NCBI RefSeq assembly: GCF_009914755.1
Contig: NC_060930.1
Reading direction: 5' to 3' (one strand)
From: the human T2T-CHM13v2.0 reference genome, Homo sapiens
Length of the DNA stretch: 64,000 nucleotides
Shown here: positions 34,020 through 46,539 of the stretch, one piece after another
Layout: every line of letters begins with the position of its first letter
How positions within the stretch are numbered: the first letter of the stretch is position 1
Notes under the pieces: model-generated
Told to the model about the DNA's origin: nothing
Seen by the model: the letters and a program-made list of their open reading frames with translations, nothing else
The model's database searches: none
Program-made: the position numbers and the translations under genes

Positions 34020-35030
34020 GTTAAGGCTAGGAAAGGGAGGCCGTGCTGCGCTGAGTCGCGGGAAGCTCCTTGAGCTTCAAGGACTTGAGTCGGGGAGGGA
34101 GTCTCTCCGCTCTTGCTACTCTACCCGCCACTTGGTTTCCGCACTGAGGACTCGGCTGCGAAATGGGAGGAAGCAGGCCTCCTTTTCGTGGGTTCCCAGA
34201 AGCCCCCATTTTGCAGTTCCCCCACCTCGCTTTCACAGGTTGCAGCCCCCTTAGAAAAACGCCGCTGCAGAGGCGGGGGCTGCCCATCAGCCCCGGCCAT
34301 GGCTAGCCAGCCCTGTGCCCGCCCGGCGCCTTCGTCTCTCGGGCCGGACGTGCAGGTCGGCGCTGAGTCCAGCCGCAGTGACACGCACCTCTTTTCCTTT
34401 CCTCCACTCCGCCTCCCCGGCCGGCCTACAGACTGCTCCTTCCCGATGAGCCAGCGCAGCTTCCCCGCCTCCTTCTGGAACAGCGCGTACCAGGCGCCAG
34501 TGCCCCCGCCGCTGGGCAGCCCTCTGGCCACCGCGCACTCGGAGCTGCCCTTCGCCGCCGCCGACCCCTACTCGCCCGCCGCGCTGCATGGCCACCTGCA
34601 CCAGGGCGCCACGGAGCCCTGGCACCACGCGCACCCGCACCACGCGCACCCGCATCACCCCTACGCCCTGGGCGGCGCCCTCGGCGCCCAGGCCGCCCCC
34701 TACCCGCGCCCCGCCGCCGTGCACGAAGTCTACGCGCCGCACTTCGACCCGCGCTATGGGCCGCTGCTGATGCCAGCCGCCTCGGGGCGCCCGGCCCGCC
34801 TCGCAACCGCCCCGGCGCCCGCGCCCGGCAGTCCTCCCTGCGAGCTCTCCGGCAAAGGCGAGCCGGCGGGCGCCGCGTGGGCCGGGCCCGGGGGACCCTT
34901 CGCGAGCCCCTCGGGGGACGTGGCCCAGGGTCTGGGCCTCAGCGTGGACTCAGGTAAGCAGAGGAAGAAGTTTGGTCTCCGCGGAGCCGCTCGGCCCCGT
35001 ACCCGACCCTGGGCTGTGCCTAGACCCCTT
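34020..35030. promoter_or_regulatory. Intragenic CpG island over VGLL2 exon 3
   Basis: Very high GC content and CpG retention. Confidence 0.8.
34432..34953 (+). CDS. VGLL2: VGLL2 coding exon 3 (FPASFWNS motif, His/Pro/Ala-rich region); 522 nt, symmetric phase so it can be skipped in frame (143-aa isoform)
   Basis: Acceptor cctacag|AC at 34431/34432; donor CAG|GTAAGC at 34953; phase 1 at both ends; encodes DCSFPMSQRSFPASFWNS...GLSVDS. Confidence 0.96.
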
Positions 35031-35185
35031 AATCCTCCTTGGAGACCTTGAATTCTGTGGCCCAAGGATCTGCATGCCACGGTCGTGTTTCCACTGATAG
35101 ATGGCCCTGTGCCATGCGTGTAGGCGGGATGAGAAAGTAGGACCCTACCCTAACCTGGCTGGTAAATGTTACAGAGGACTTTTAA

Positions 35186-35220
<35 letters not shown>

Positions 35221-35242
35221 TAATAATAATAATAATAATAAA
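35186..35242. repeat. (AAT)n microsatellite
   Basis: About 18 AAT units with one GAT interruption. Confidence 0.95.
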
Positions 35243-35264
35243 ATTTAGTGGAAAAGTTCTAGCT

Positions 35265-35572
35265 CTGCGCTGTTCAGTACTGTAGCCGCTAGCCACTTGG
35301 GGCTACTGAGCACTTGGCACGTGGTGAGGCCGAATTAAGATGTGCTGTCAGTGTATAATACACACTGGATTTCCAAACCTTTGTGCAGAAAAAGAATGTA
35401 AAATTCATCTCGTTAATACTTTTACATTGATTACATGTTGAAATATTTTCAACACATTGCATATCGATTATAAAAAGTTTCATGTTTCTTTTTACTTTTT
35501 TTCCAATTCTGGCTACTAGAATATTTAGAATTATGCTTATGGCTCCCATTGTATTTCTATTGGACAGCGCTG
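35265..35572 (-). mobile_element. MER33 (hAT-Charlie MITE) in VGLL2 intron 3
   Basis: Termini CTGCGCTGTTCAGTAC...CTATTGGACAGCGCTG; TCTAG target motif on both sides. Confidence 0.85.
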
Positions 35573-36008
35573 ATCTAGAGTAGCTGCTGAGAGTACAATT
35601 TAAAATCTTCTGTGGCTTGGGGGATCTTGTCACCTAGTGATAGTTGTAAGGAAAGAAAAATGTGATCCTGGTATCAAGTTAATTGCCAAATAAAATAGAT
35701 CTCTTAAAAATGTAAATCTTAAAGAATATTTTAAAATGACAATCCTAAGTCTTTGGCTTAAAGTATTTGCAACGTACAGTCTAATAAGGGCTTGCTTTTT
35801 TGCCTTCTTTTCTTATTTTTAGGGCAAATGAAAGAAATAGTTATATAATAAGTGCAATCACTGGCTTTATAGTCTGCCCACTGCCCCTTTCCTCAAGTGA
35901 TTTGACTTTTCGGTTTGCTTTGCTTTTACTTTCGGTCACCGCCCCCCTCCCCACCCCGCCCCCAACTTTAGGTGAAGTCTGTGACATTCACAATAAAACA
36001 GTGGTGTT

Positions 36009-36198
36009 TTGTCCTTCTTTCCTTAAATATCTTGTGCCTTCCCTCCCCCATTCCTTCTTTCTCCCTCCCTTTCTCTTCCTCCTCCTCCTCTTCTTCTTTG
36101 TTCTCCTCCTTCTCCTTCTCCTTCTTCTTCTCTCTCTCCCTCTCCCTCTCTTTCCCTCCCTCTCCACCTCCTCTCTCTTTTATCTTCTCTCTATTTTC
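36009..36198 (+). repeat. CT-rich polypyrimidine tract
   Basis: About 190 nt, almost entirely C/T. Confidence 0.95.
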
Positions 36199-36200
36199 AG

Positions 36201-36244
36201 GTTTGCAGCCTCAGGACAAAAGCAAGGATGTGTACTGGTTTTAG
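36201..36244 (+). CDS. VGLL2: Alternative VGLL2 terminal coding segment GLQPQDKSKDVYWF* via upstream acceptor (318-aa isoform)
   Basis: Strong acceptor ctctctattttcag|GT after a ~190-nt pyrimidine tract; correct phase 1; peptide resembles Vestigial-family C-termini. Confidence 0.7.
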
Positions 36245-36345
36245 ACCGCCCACCTTCTTCCCTGTAGGTCTCTGCATAGTGCAATTGATGGCACTCAGAG
36301 CTGAAATGGAGTGGGTTTGTAACAGCTTCTGATCTTGGTTTGCAG

Positions 36346-36386
36346 CTCGTCGTTATTCCCTCTGTGGTGCATCCCTCCTGAGCTGA
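36346..36386 (+). CDS. VGLL2: VGLL2 terminal coding exon, reference-type C-terminus ARRYSLCGASLLS*
   Basis: Acceptor ggtttgcag|CT at 36345/36346; exons sum to 81+310+522+41=954 nt = 317 aa, the known human length. Confidence 0.88.
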
Positions 36387-37433
36387 TCTGCTGACCCAGG
36401 GTTTCCCCTTCCCCTTCCCTTCTGACCAGCCTTGGAGGCTCAGCATCTGTGCCTCTCACTCCGTGGATGAGGACATGGGGGAAGGCAGAGACTTCAGACT
36501 TCTCAGTGTGTTGGGAAAACCAAAAACCACAACTACAGAAATTCATCTAAAAATAAGTCCTGCTGCTGAAAGAGCAAATCCAAAGACTGAGTTATGTTTA
36601 ATGACTTTTGGCCGAATCACTGGAAATATCTGTGGTGAGATTGCTGAGTCAGGTGATGTGATATCATAAGCTTTCTTGGAACGGGGGAAAGAAAATGAAA
36701 CTTTTTGGTGTGAATATTTTTTATGCTGATGTGAATTATTTTGTTAGGTAGTGTGATTATAGCACTACTACTGTCAGATTTTAAATTGTATGTGTACTTG
36801 CATCTAAGACTGTGGTAGAGAAGTAAAGAGAAGTCAATTCCTTCTTCCTCACCTCTCAGCCTCCAGATCCCTTCCTGCCCATCCCTTCCCTACAATGCCC
36901 ACTCCAGACGCAAAGATACACTTTTTTCCTTTGGACTGTGAACATGGAAGCCTCAGCCTGAATGTGAGTGGCAAGTGGCTTATCTGGAGCCACCTGCCCA
37001 AGTCTTACTAAAATGCAGCTGTTGTTAGACAACTGTTGAAAACTCCAGAAATACATCACCCAAGGTGGCAGTTCTCAGTATTTGGCAGAACAATTGCAAT
37101 TGCACTGGGTATATTATATATATATATGTATGCATATATATCATATTTTTTACAAGGAACATTTTATGATGAAAGAAGAAACCCTTCTCTGCCTTCTCTC
37201 CCACGAATTCTGTCCCTGTATCCTCTGGATGTAAAAAGCAAGGAGAGACCCCAACTGTCTCCATGGAGAAGAACTAGGAATCACCACAAGGGGAAGAAAT
37301 GTACATGAAGTCTCCATTACCTCGAATTTTTTTCTCAGTCTCACTGGTTGTGATTTGGTCACTTTAGTGTTGGAACAGGGGAAAGGGTCTGTGCGTGGGC
37401 AAAGCTGAAGGTGATGAGGAAGAAGAGACGAAC

Positions 37434-37518
37434 ATTAAAGATGTCTATTTACTATGAGCTCACTGTGTTGTTTCATAAAAAGAAAATAAATAACTTAGTT
37501 TTTTTCTAGTAGAATAAA
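37434..37518 (+). terminator. VGLL2: VGLL2 polyadenylation signal cluster
   Basis: ATTAAA 37434-37439, AATAAA 37485-37490 and 37513-37518 with GT/T-rich sequence nearby, about 1.05-1.1 kb after the stop. Confidence 0.7.
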
Positions 37519-37561
37519 ATAACACAGTAGTATGATTTGATGTCAGTAATATTACATATAT

Positions 37562-37575
37562 ATAGATAGATAGAT

Positions 37576-37620
<45 letters not shown>
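37562..37620. repeat. (GATA)n tetranucleotide STR just past the VGLL2 3' end
   Basis: About 14 AGAT units. Confidence 0.95.
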
Positions 37621-40600
37621 CTTTCTGTGTTTCCACCGTGTTTGCTGTGCTATGAATCTGTTAGCTGTTTCCATCTCACATCAACCTTGGAGAACGAGAA
37701 GTTAGGTACCCCTGTCTGTTTTACAGATGAGAAAATTGTGGCCTACAGAGGCCAAGGGCTTGCCTGTTAACATTCAGAAGTTAGAAGCAAAGATGGTACA
37801 AAAAGCACTACCTGGTACAGATTTATTATTTTCCAGAAAAGATTTATTGTTACATGTTTAATTCTAGACTCAAGACAGTAGAGTCATCAGTTAAAAGTGT
37901 TTTTGAAATATTGGCTATTTTATATTTTAATAAGCTAGGCTAAGAAACCAAATCTCTCACTAGGCAAAAAAGATTTTTAAGAAAGAAACTGGTAGTTTTT
38001 CCCCTTGTTTCCTCTTGATACCAAAGTTATTTCTGTTCTTTCACAAAAGTGCCCAGTAGAGAGATTTTGTGTGCTGCTCAGATTACCCTTGTACCTTGTT
38101 AACACATAAAAATATTAGTTCAAATCTTGATCTTCATTATAACATGAGAGGCGAATATAATTTATCTTGGATAAGTCTCAAGAATTGGAAGCAGTTAAGG
38201 GATCTAACTCACAGCATGAGCTTGGCAGAGTTCCCCATACCCTCTTTCTGTCATTTGGCTACCTGTGAAGTACATATGATCATTCCAGGAATATGGTTTG
38301 CACTCTGATGGAAGGTACTCTATGATTATGTGCATCACATGTGATAACAATAATCATAATCATAACTAATGTTAATTGTTTATCACGTACTGGGCACTGA
38401 TCTCTATAGATTAACTCATTTAAACCTCACAACAATTCTGTATGCTATTTATTATGATGTTCTCCTTCTTACCTATTAGAAAACTCAGGCACACAGAGGA
38501 GAAATTATTTGCCCAGTCATGAAGCTCGTCAGTGGCAGAGTCAGGCTGCAAATCCAGGTAGCCCCCGTGCAGGGCTGCACTGTTATTCGCTGCGTGACTG
38601 CTTGTCCAGTTCTGATTTGTCTCTTTGATCTTCAACGTTGGGCTTATTTTCTCCACAATAGATGCATAAAGAAAGGAAAAAAGTCAGAGAAGCACAGATT
38701 GATGATGCTTTGGTAGAATTTACAGAAGCCCAAGTCTTAAAGGAACTGTCGTAGGACATTGTCCAAACTCCATCAAATGACACTACTTAGACCATTCAGT
38801 CAGGTACAGCTCTCTATTCTTCTCCAGGAGGGAATTATTATTGCTTCTCTTATTCACTTCAGTATTTAACAGCCTTCACCACTCTGAAATTCTTCACACC
38901 CAACCTAATCAAGCTGTGTAAGAGTTAGCCTGAGGTTTGGACATTGAAGCAATAACTAAAATTAACTTTGGACTTCTCTGTGGATTGTTTTAATCCATGT
39001 TCCACTGGCATGAATCCCTGGTATATTCAAGTGTAAATAAAATGCATTAAGCCCCAGTGTGCTTTTCAGAATTTGCTACTAAATATACTGTTGAAGAAAG
39101 CATGGCAGTGCATTCTCTGCTGGACATCTCCACATATTCCCCACCGGAAGAGGTTGTTTACCTGTACCCCACCTGCGTTAACACTCACAAGATCTGTGAT
39201 CAGAACCCACAGGGAACATTTTCCCACCCACAAGGTTCTGATTACTGAAACTTCTCTCCTAAGCTACATCTGACCTGAATATCAGGTTGCTGGTAAGGAG
39301 ACTCATTCACTGGAATTGGCCTTTGGGGCGGTCCTGAACAGACCGTCCAGACTGCTGAGCCAGTCCAGGCTCCAGCGACCTGGCACGTATGACACGCGTA
39401 CCACAGCGTTTCCCTCCATTCCACACCTTCCTAAGGTAGAAATGCAAGATGACCTAGATCCATAATGATTTGGTTCTGTGTAATAAGAGCATCAAAGAGA
39501 ACTTTGGAGAAATGGTAGCCCCAACTGACATTCTGCAGGCTTACTTCAAGTCACACAAAATATGAACTCTCATACCTGTCTTGCTAATAGTAGTCAAACC
39601 ATGCAGATTTGAAAAGATTCTAGCAGTTGAAAAAAGGACATCAAGGAAATGTGGGATGGCATGAGGAAAGGCAAACATGACATTTTTACATATGTTATAC
39701 CTGGTCAGGGGGCTCAGAGAAAGGTTACATTCTCCTCTAATCACCCCCGTTGGCACTAGTGTCCTCTTTGCCCACGGCTTTCCCTTTGCACTTGGCCTAG
39801 GTTGAAGGAGAGGTGATGAAAAGGAAAGAGACGGCTCTCCACCACCAAGTAATCCTTTTGCCGATTGCACTCTGGCTGAGAATTCGGTCACCCAGCTACA
39901 GGGAATTCTATCTGTTCTATTCCTTCAGTGTAAAAAGAGTTGCCATCCCGTCTCATTTCCCCTTTGAAGTTCTATTTAAATGCATGGCAAATTCTAGCAA
40001 TATCTTAAGATTGATTTGGGTCTGGATGGGAGATGGTGGGTGTTGAGACTCAGAAACCCTGACTGAACACTTCTCTTTTCACTCTTTCTGGGTAAGTACT
40101 GTATTTTCTGTGCCCTTCTGCATCTGGAAAAAGCAACTCTTTAGGTAACTTTAATTTTCATTTTGCTTAGAATCAAAAAGCCTGCATTTTTGTGCAGGCA
40201 TGCACATATTCTGTCAAAGTAAAGAAGCTCTTTTTTTAAGCACTTAGTGATCAATTACTTTGGAGTTGGAGGGGATAAAAAATAAATAGAACTTAAACAA
40301 ACTGCTTTCATGTAAATGCTATGTCCATACATTGAATTTATTAATGTAATTCATTAGGATGTCATCTAAGCATGGAAGAAAAATGGAAAGATATGTGAAA
40401 ATACTTTAAAAATAAATGAAACTGAAAAACCTAAGATCACTTTGTAAAATTGCCTTAACAGTTTGTTGACAATTCACCTGCAAATAGTTCACATTTTTAT
40501 TGTGCTTGCCAAGCTGTTTTCTCTGTATATTTCATTTTTTCTTACTAGACTTTTAAGATTTATTATATATTCCTAAAATCTGGAGTAAAGGAATAAATAT

Positions 40601-40787
40601 TAGACAGTATCATTATTACCATTGCTGTCTGTATGTAACTGAAATTGTGACATTTATACAAGCAGCAGGGTTAAGCAAACGTAAATTTCACATTTCCTAA
40701 ATAACAATTCTTGCTTATTGCCTATAAATATAAAACTCTAATAAGACAAATATGGTATCTGCAAAATAGAATCTATCCACAAATATA

Positions 40788-40826
40788 ACACACACGCACA
40801 CGCGCGCGCGCACACACACACACACA
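40788..40826. repeat. (CA)n(CG)n(CA)n alternating purine-pyrimidine tract (Z-DNA-prone)
   Basis: ACACACACGCACACGCGCGCGCGCACACACACACACACA. Confidence 0.9.
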
Positions 40827-43800
40827 GATGCAGACCTAGAGAGAAATCAGAGACATTATGCCCTCAGACAGGCACAGGCACAAATGATTATTCTCACTTG
40901 ACAGACCAACTGTACTTCTCTTTCCTTGTATTTCACTCCAGCCCCAGAGGGCTGGATCAAGAAAGAGATACTTGATAGCTGCTGTTTCCGTGGTTGAAAT
41001 ATTTGTGAAGTTAACGCATAATCTGAAAGCAGAAGCTAATAAATTATAGGGTGCTAATTGGAGCTAGAATGGAGCTGTCAATCATGTTATCCTAAACACA
41101 GAGAGACCCTCATAACCTAAAAAGGCAATGCAGCCTCCAAAAACAGCTCCCATTTGTTTCCAGCCATGACCTCCAAATATCACGTCCAGGCAAGGAGTGG
41201 CCACTGACAAGTGTCGGCAGAGGTGATTCTGCTAATCCAAGTTGACTTTAAGAGACAGGCAAATTTTCTTTTCTAGGGAAAAGAGTAAGATATTTTGCCG
41301 AAGAATTAATTTTTAATCTTTAGAGAAATACATACATTATGTATGTGTGTGTGTATATATATATATATATACACACACCTTATTAGAATGTATGTGTATA
41401 TATATATATATACCTTACTAGAATAATTATTACTTTGGTAAAGCATGTGACCCTTCATTTGGAATTTTTCACTTTAAAATTACTGAGTTAACTCAGTAGG
41501 AGAAAAATCTGAAGTTCTCCACAACGCAGTGTCAGATCTACCTCAAATTATAGTATTTCTGTGAGTTTCCGGTGTATTCTTGTGAAACTAAGTTCCTCTA
41601 AAACAAAAATGGAGACATCCAAATTTGCTCTGCCTTGCTGGAATTCAGTTATTTCACCTAGAAAAGCAGCAGCAGCATATTTCCTATTCCTTTGTTTTGT
41701 CCTTAGACTCAGTAAGCGCTACTTCTGCTTATCTCCAAGTGTTTCAAAATGGCTACAATGGCTTTGCTCAAACTATCCTCTCATAATTGTTTCCACTTTC
41801 TATCAAAAATGTATAAATGAATAAATATATTATGATTACATGTAAGAAATTTAGGTTAAAGGTAAACTAAACTTTCAACAATGAAATTAAGGAATTAAAA
41901 CTTTTTTATTCCTAATCAATATTTGCACCACTCTAAATGATCTATAGGCAATTAGAAATTTTTACCAACGTGTATTTTTGGAGTACATACTTTAATCTCT
42001 ACCGTATTTACAACTAGAAAAATATTCTATTTATGTTATAATTTGGAAGCTTCTTTAGAATACTTCAAATAAAAATTCTTTTCACTCAGAAACAAAAATT
42101 AAGGATCTTAAAATTCTAAGCACACACTTGCTAGAAACAACAGCTATGATTGGGATCATTGATGAGAGTGTCCCAAACTCATTTCTTTTCCTGCTGGTTC
42201 TCAAACTATAGTGTTGCTCTTATTTTTGGCAACTACATTATTGGCCCTTTGGCAATGATGGTATTATCAAGAAATGGGATAAAAAAATGAGTTATTGTTA
42301 AATTTATTTTTACCGGTACAACCCTATTTCACGTTTTCTTCTTCTAAGAGTATTTTACCCAATGTATAATCTGTTATACCCAAGGTATAAGTGATTGGAT
42401 TTTTTCCCTCTAGTATCAAATGACTTTTTTCCCATTGTACCAGCTTTTTTATGGAATTTCCTGATATCTTTAGAAGCACTGCCTGAAGGTGCTGTATTAG
42501 TAGTATTCCACCTTGCTTTGTGGAGTGTGAAATCCCGTTTTTACCTCAGGCAGTTTCTTCTCTACACTCAGAAACTGACAATAGGTCGCTGACAGACAGA
42601 TATTGGTAAGAAACATAGAGAACAGGGCTTATGATGTTTGTTCTTCCTTGTTCAAATACTTCTTTTAAAAACATATTATTCACTTATATTTTTTAAAGGG
42701 CATAAGAAATGATCTAGGGAAAAGGCCTACCCCCAGAGGGAAAACAACTATGAAGTTATATTCAATTGGAATTGCTGAGATGAAAAATTATTCACAATTT
42801 TTTACTTAACAGTTCCAAACTATTTAGTTAATAAATTAAAACAGTAACATCAGACACCATCATCTCACATTGAAACTTGGGATGTCTGGTCATTTGATGT
42901 TTAAGGAATGGTGTCATTATAGATAAGACTGGAAATTTTATAAATTTATCGTGGAATACTGCCATCTCTTATTTTTGCTTGAGATATAAAGTATTGAAAC
43001 TAAAAAAGAAAAATAAACAATGTTTCACAGTCATAATATATACTCATGCTGCCAATTAATGTAAGCTTTGGGTCTTAAGAGAATGAGGCAGAAAGTACAG
43101 GTACCACTGAATCTTCCTGTGTCACAGAACAGCAACAAGGGCAACACATTAAATATTAAAATAAAATAAATTATACAATTTAACAGTATATATTTTTCAC
43201 ATCATAAAAGCTTCTGGCTACATTTTCTACTGTTATTTTAGGGTGCATATTTAGTTTTTCTTCTTTATCAGAGGAGGTTCTAATTTGAACTCCATTACAC
43301 ACCCTTTGTTCTCATTGTCCTTATTGTAAACAGAAAAACTCTATAAGTGACACTAAAAACGTTTTGCATGATAGCTTTTAGTGTACTGATCTATTTATTG
43401 TGCTTACCTATCCTTTGTCTACATATCGATTATCAGATGAACTTAGAGCTATCTTGTCTAAGTTTTCAGGAGGATATCAAGCTCACCATTGGGTAAGACC
43501 TCAGCCCACTGGTACACAAGAAGTTAACCAGAGTACCTAAACACAATTGTTCCGGTTGACTGTTCCCCTGAGCAGTCTGCAACATTTTCTCTTATATTCC
43601 ACAGAAGGTCCTTGTGAATTCCTACCTCCCAGCAGGTCAGAAAACCTTCACCCTCATTGCCATCTTATTCAAATGCTATCTGTTCTTCAAGTCTAGATTA
43701 GTTCTGTCTCTTCTACAAAACCTTGTCTCCCCACCACACCGCAGTATATGGTCTCACCCTTAGGGAACTCTTTCACCTAATGTCTGTGCCACTTATTTGG

Positions 43801-45447
43801 CATTTACGTAGCAATAACATTTCATGACACAAATTTAGGAGTTCTGAGATTGCAGTAGTCCTACAGAACATTCTGTTGACACTTGACTTACAGTATTCTT
43901 TAACCTTAGCTAGATATTAAGTACATTGAGCAGCTACCACCAATTATTATGAAAAAACACAGTGTATTAAAATATTTTATTATATGTAAACAAATTTTAA
44001 AATATAGGTTGATTTGAAGTTTAGAGTACAAGTTAGAAAAAGAAAAACTGGCTGGAAGCCTGTTTCATTAAAGAAAGTCCTCTTACTAAAAGTAGTGGAG
44101 AGAAATTCTATCACATTTCATAGGAGCCAGTTAGTATTATACATCCTTTTCCTGCCCCTATATCCTGAGCCTCAATCTCTGTCTTCTGCTCAAAGGTATC
44201 ATTTCGACAGTTCTCTTCATCTTGCATCATTTCTTTTCCCTCTCTATTGAATTGCTCCCGTTAATAAACACAGGCTGCAATATTTCCTGTCTTTAAAAAT
44301 GCACACAAACCCAAGACAAAACCTCCCTTGACCCATCTTCTTCCAGTTGCTACCTCACCTCTCTGTTCCCTTTAAATGGAAAAATGCCTTAAATGAGTCA
44401 TCTTTGTTCTCTCCATTTACTTTTTAATTTTCTCCTGTACCTATTTTAATTTAGCTTCCCCTACACACAAACTTGCCAAGGGCAACCGTTAGCTCCATAT
44501 GTTTAAACTTTAAGAGCAATTATCATAAGTAGTCTTTTAAATTGTCCCATCAATAGGATGATATATCAGTTTGGATCCTCCGAGAAGCAAATGCCAAGAC
44601 ACATACCACGCACTTGAAGCCTTATTAATATATTCTAGCAAATATACTACATCTGGTATAGCAACTGTAGCTGAGGCCATTATTGGAGTTAACTTGTGGT
44701 ATTCTACACTCATTCTCCAAGATCTATCCAGTTTTGGCAGGAGCCCTAGTGAATTAAATGGAGATACGATAGAAGCCATGAACCCTGAAACCTTTAAGAT
44801 CTTTAATAGTGGTACTAATCACTGTCATCCCCCTGAGATTTGTGTTGTTTTTGATTTACAATTTGTGTTGAGGGAGGGGAAGGAAAAGGGGGCCAGTTTT
44901 AAAGGTTTCCACTTGGCCTTCCACACTATGGTATCTTTTGCCACACAGGCCAAAGATTCAGTGAGGGGGTTACGCCAATCACAAAGTATGTTGATCCCAA
45001 TTACACATTTAAAGAGTAGGAAAATGACCACTGGGTGGGGCTGTGGCCCGAGTGGACACATTATAGGTTAGGTTTTAGCCAGAATGCAATTTAATACCTG
45101 CTCCCATAAGCCCCATTTTAACAGAGGGACTATGATAATGCATCAGGTTTCTGGATGCCCATATCAACTCAGACCCTGTATCCAAGTGTCTGAAATGTCT
45201 GGGAATTCCCGCTTCCTTCAGTTGTACAGTCACTGGAGTAAGTGGCCATAGTTGCCGTTGCAGTATATGCCTGTGATGATGTTGCAGGGTCCTTCCACTG
45301 TCAGTCAATGAGTTGCAAATCCAAAAATTGGCTCAGGTCCGGGAATTGAGCAAGGATCATGATTTTTATCAGAAAGACCACGTTAGCCCCCTGTTTCTTT
45401 AATTTTGTTTTTATGATCATTAACTTTGGGTGTCACATTTTTGCCTT

Positions 45448-45963
45448 TGTGATAGTTAATTTTAGGTGTCAACTTAACTGGATTAAGAGATACCCAGATA
45501 GCTGGTAACATATTATTTCTGTATATGTCTGAAAGGGTGTTTCTGAAAGAGATTGATATTTGAATCAGTGGACTAAGTAAGAAACATCTTTCTGTATTGA
45601 ATGTGGATGGGCATCATCCAGTTGACTGGGTGCCTGGATAGAACAAAAAGGCAGAGGAAAAGCTAATTTGCTCTTACTCTTTCTGCTGCTGCTGGGACAC
45701 CCATATTCTCCTTCCCTTGGCCACTAGAACTCCAGGTTCTCTGGCCTTCAGACTCAGGAACTTGCACCAGTTGCTCCCCTCAGGTTCTCAGGCTTTTGGC
45801 CTCAGAAAGAGCATTACACCATTGGCTCCCCTGGTTCTCAGGCCTTCAGACTTGGACTGAGTCAGGCTACTAAATTCCCTGGATTTCCAACTTGCAGGTG
45901 GCAAATCGCGGGACTTCTCTGTCTCCATAATCATGAGAACCAATCCCCTTAATAAGTCCCCTG

Positions 45964-46005
<42 letters not shown>

Positions 46006-46098
46006 ATCTACCTATCATCTCTATCTGTCATATATCTATCTATCATCTATTTATATATCCTATCAGTTTTATTTCTCTTAAGAACCCTGATTAATAAA
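45448..46098 (+). mobile_element. MLT2 (HERV-L) solo LTR containing a (TATC)n STR (~45964-46050)
   Basis: TGTGATAGTTAATTTTAGGTGTCAACTT...AGAACCCTGATTAATA; 5-bp TSD GCCTT. Confidence 0.9.
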
Positions 46099-46164
46099 GC
46101 CTTCTACTGATTTTGGATGTTAAGGACTGGCTGTCCATTTATTTTGCCCTAGGGATACATGCTT

Positions 46165-46539
46165 TGATATGGTTTGGCTGTATCCCCCACCCAGATCTCA
46201 TCTTGAATTGTAGTTCCCATAATCCCCATGTGTCATGGGAGGGACTTGGTGGGAAGTAATTGAGTCATGGGGATGGTTACCCTAATGCTGTTCTCGTGAT
46301 AGTGAGTGAGTTCTCACGAGATCTGATGGTTTTATAAGGGGCTTTTCCCCTTTGCTCAGCGCTTCTCCTTCCTGCCATTGTGTGAAGAAGGACATGTTTG
46401 TTTCCACTTCTGCCATGATTGTTAAGTTTCCTGAGGCCTCCCCAGCTCTGCAGAACTGTGAGTCAATTAAACCTCTTTCCTTTATAAATTACCCAGTCTC
46501 AGGTATTTCTTCACAGCAGTGTGAGAAGAAACTAATACA
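46165..46539 (+). mobile_element. THE1D-like solo LTR
   Basis: TGATATGG...ACTAATACA; 5-bp TSD TGCTT. Confidence 0.9.

Noticed and set aside
34113-34431. N-terminal part of the 312-aa ORF over exon 3
   Set aside because: Intronic open frame from a non-ATG start; coding begins at the 34432 acceptor
35800-36267. 155-aa Leu/Phe-rich ORF resembling a membrane protein
   Set aside because: Translation of the CT-rich tract
44537-45308. Retroviral pro/pol ORFs as a co-opted gene
   Set aside because: Short fragments in different frames; RT truncated before the catalytic motif; two LTRs inserted in the element
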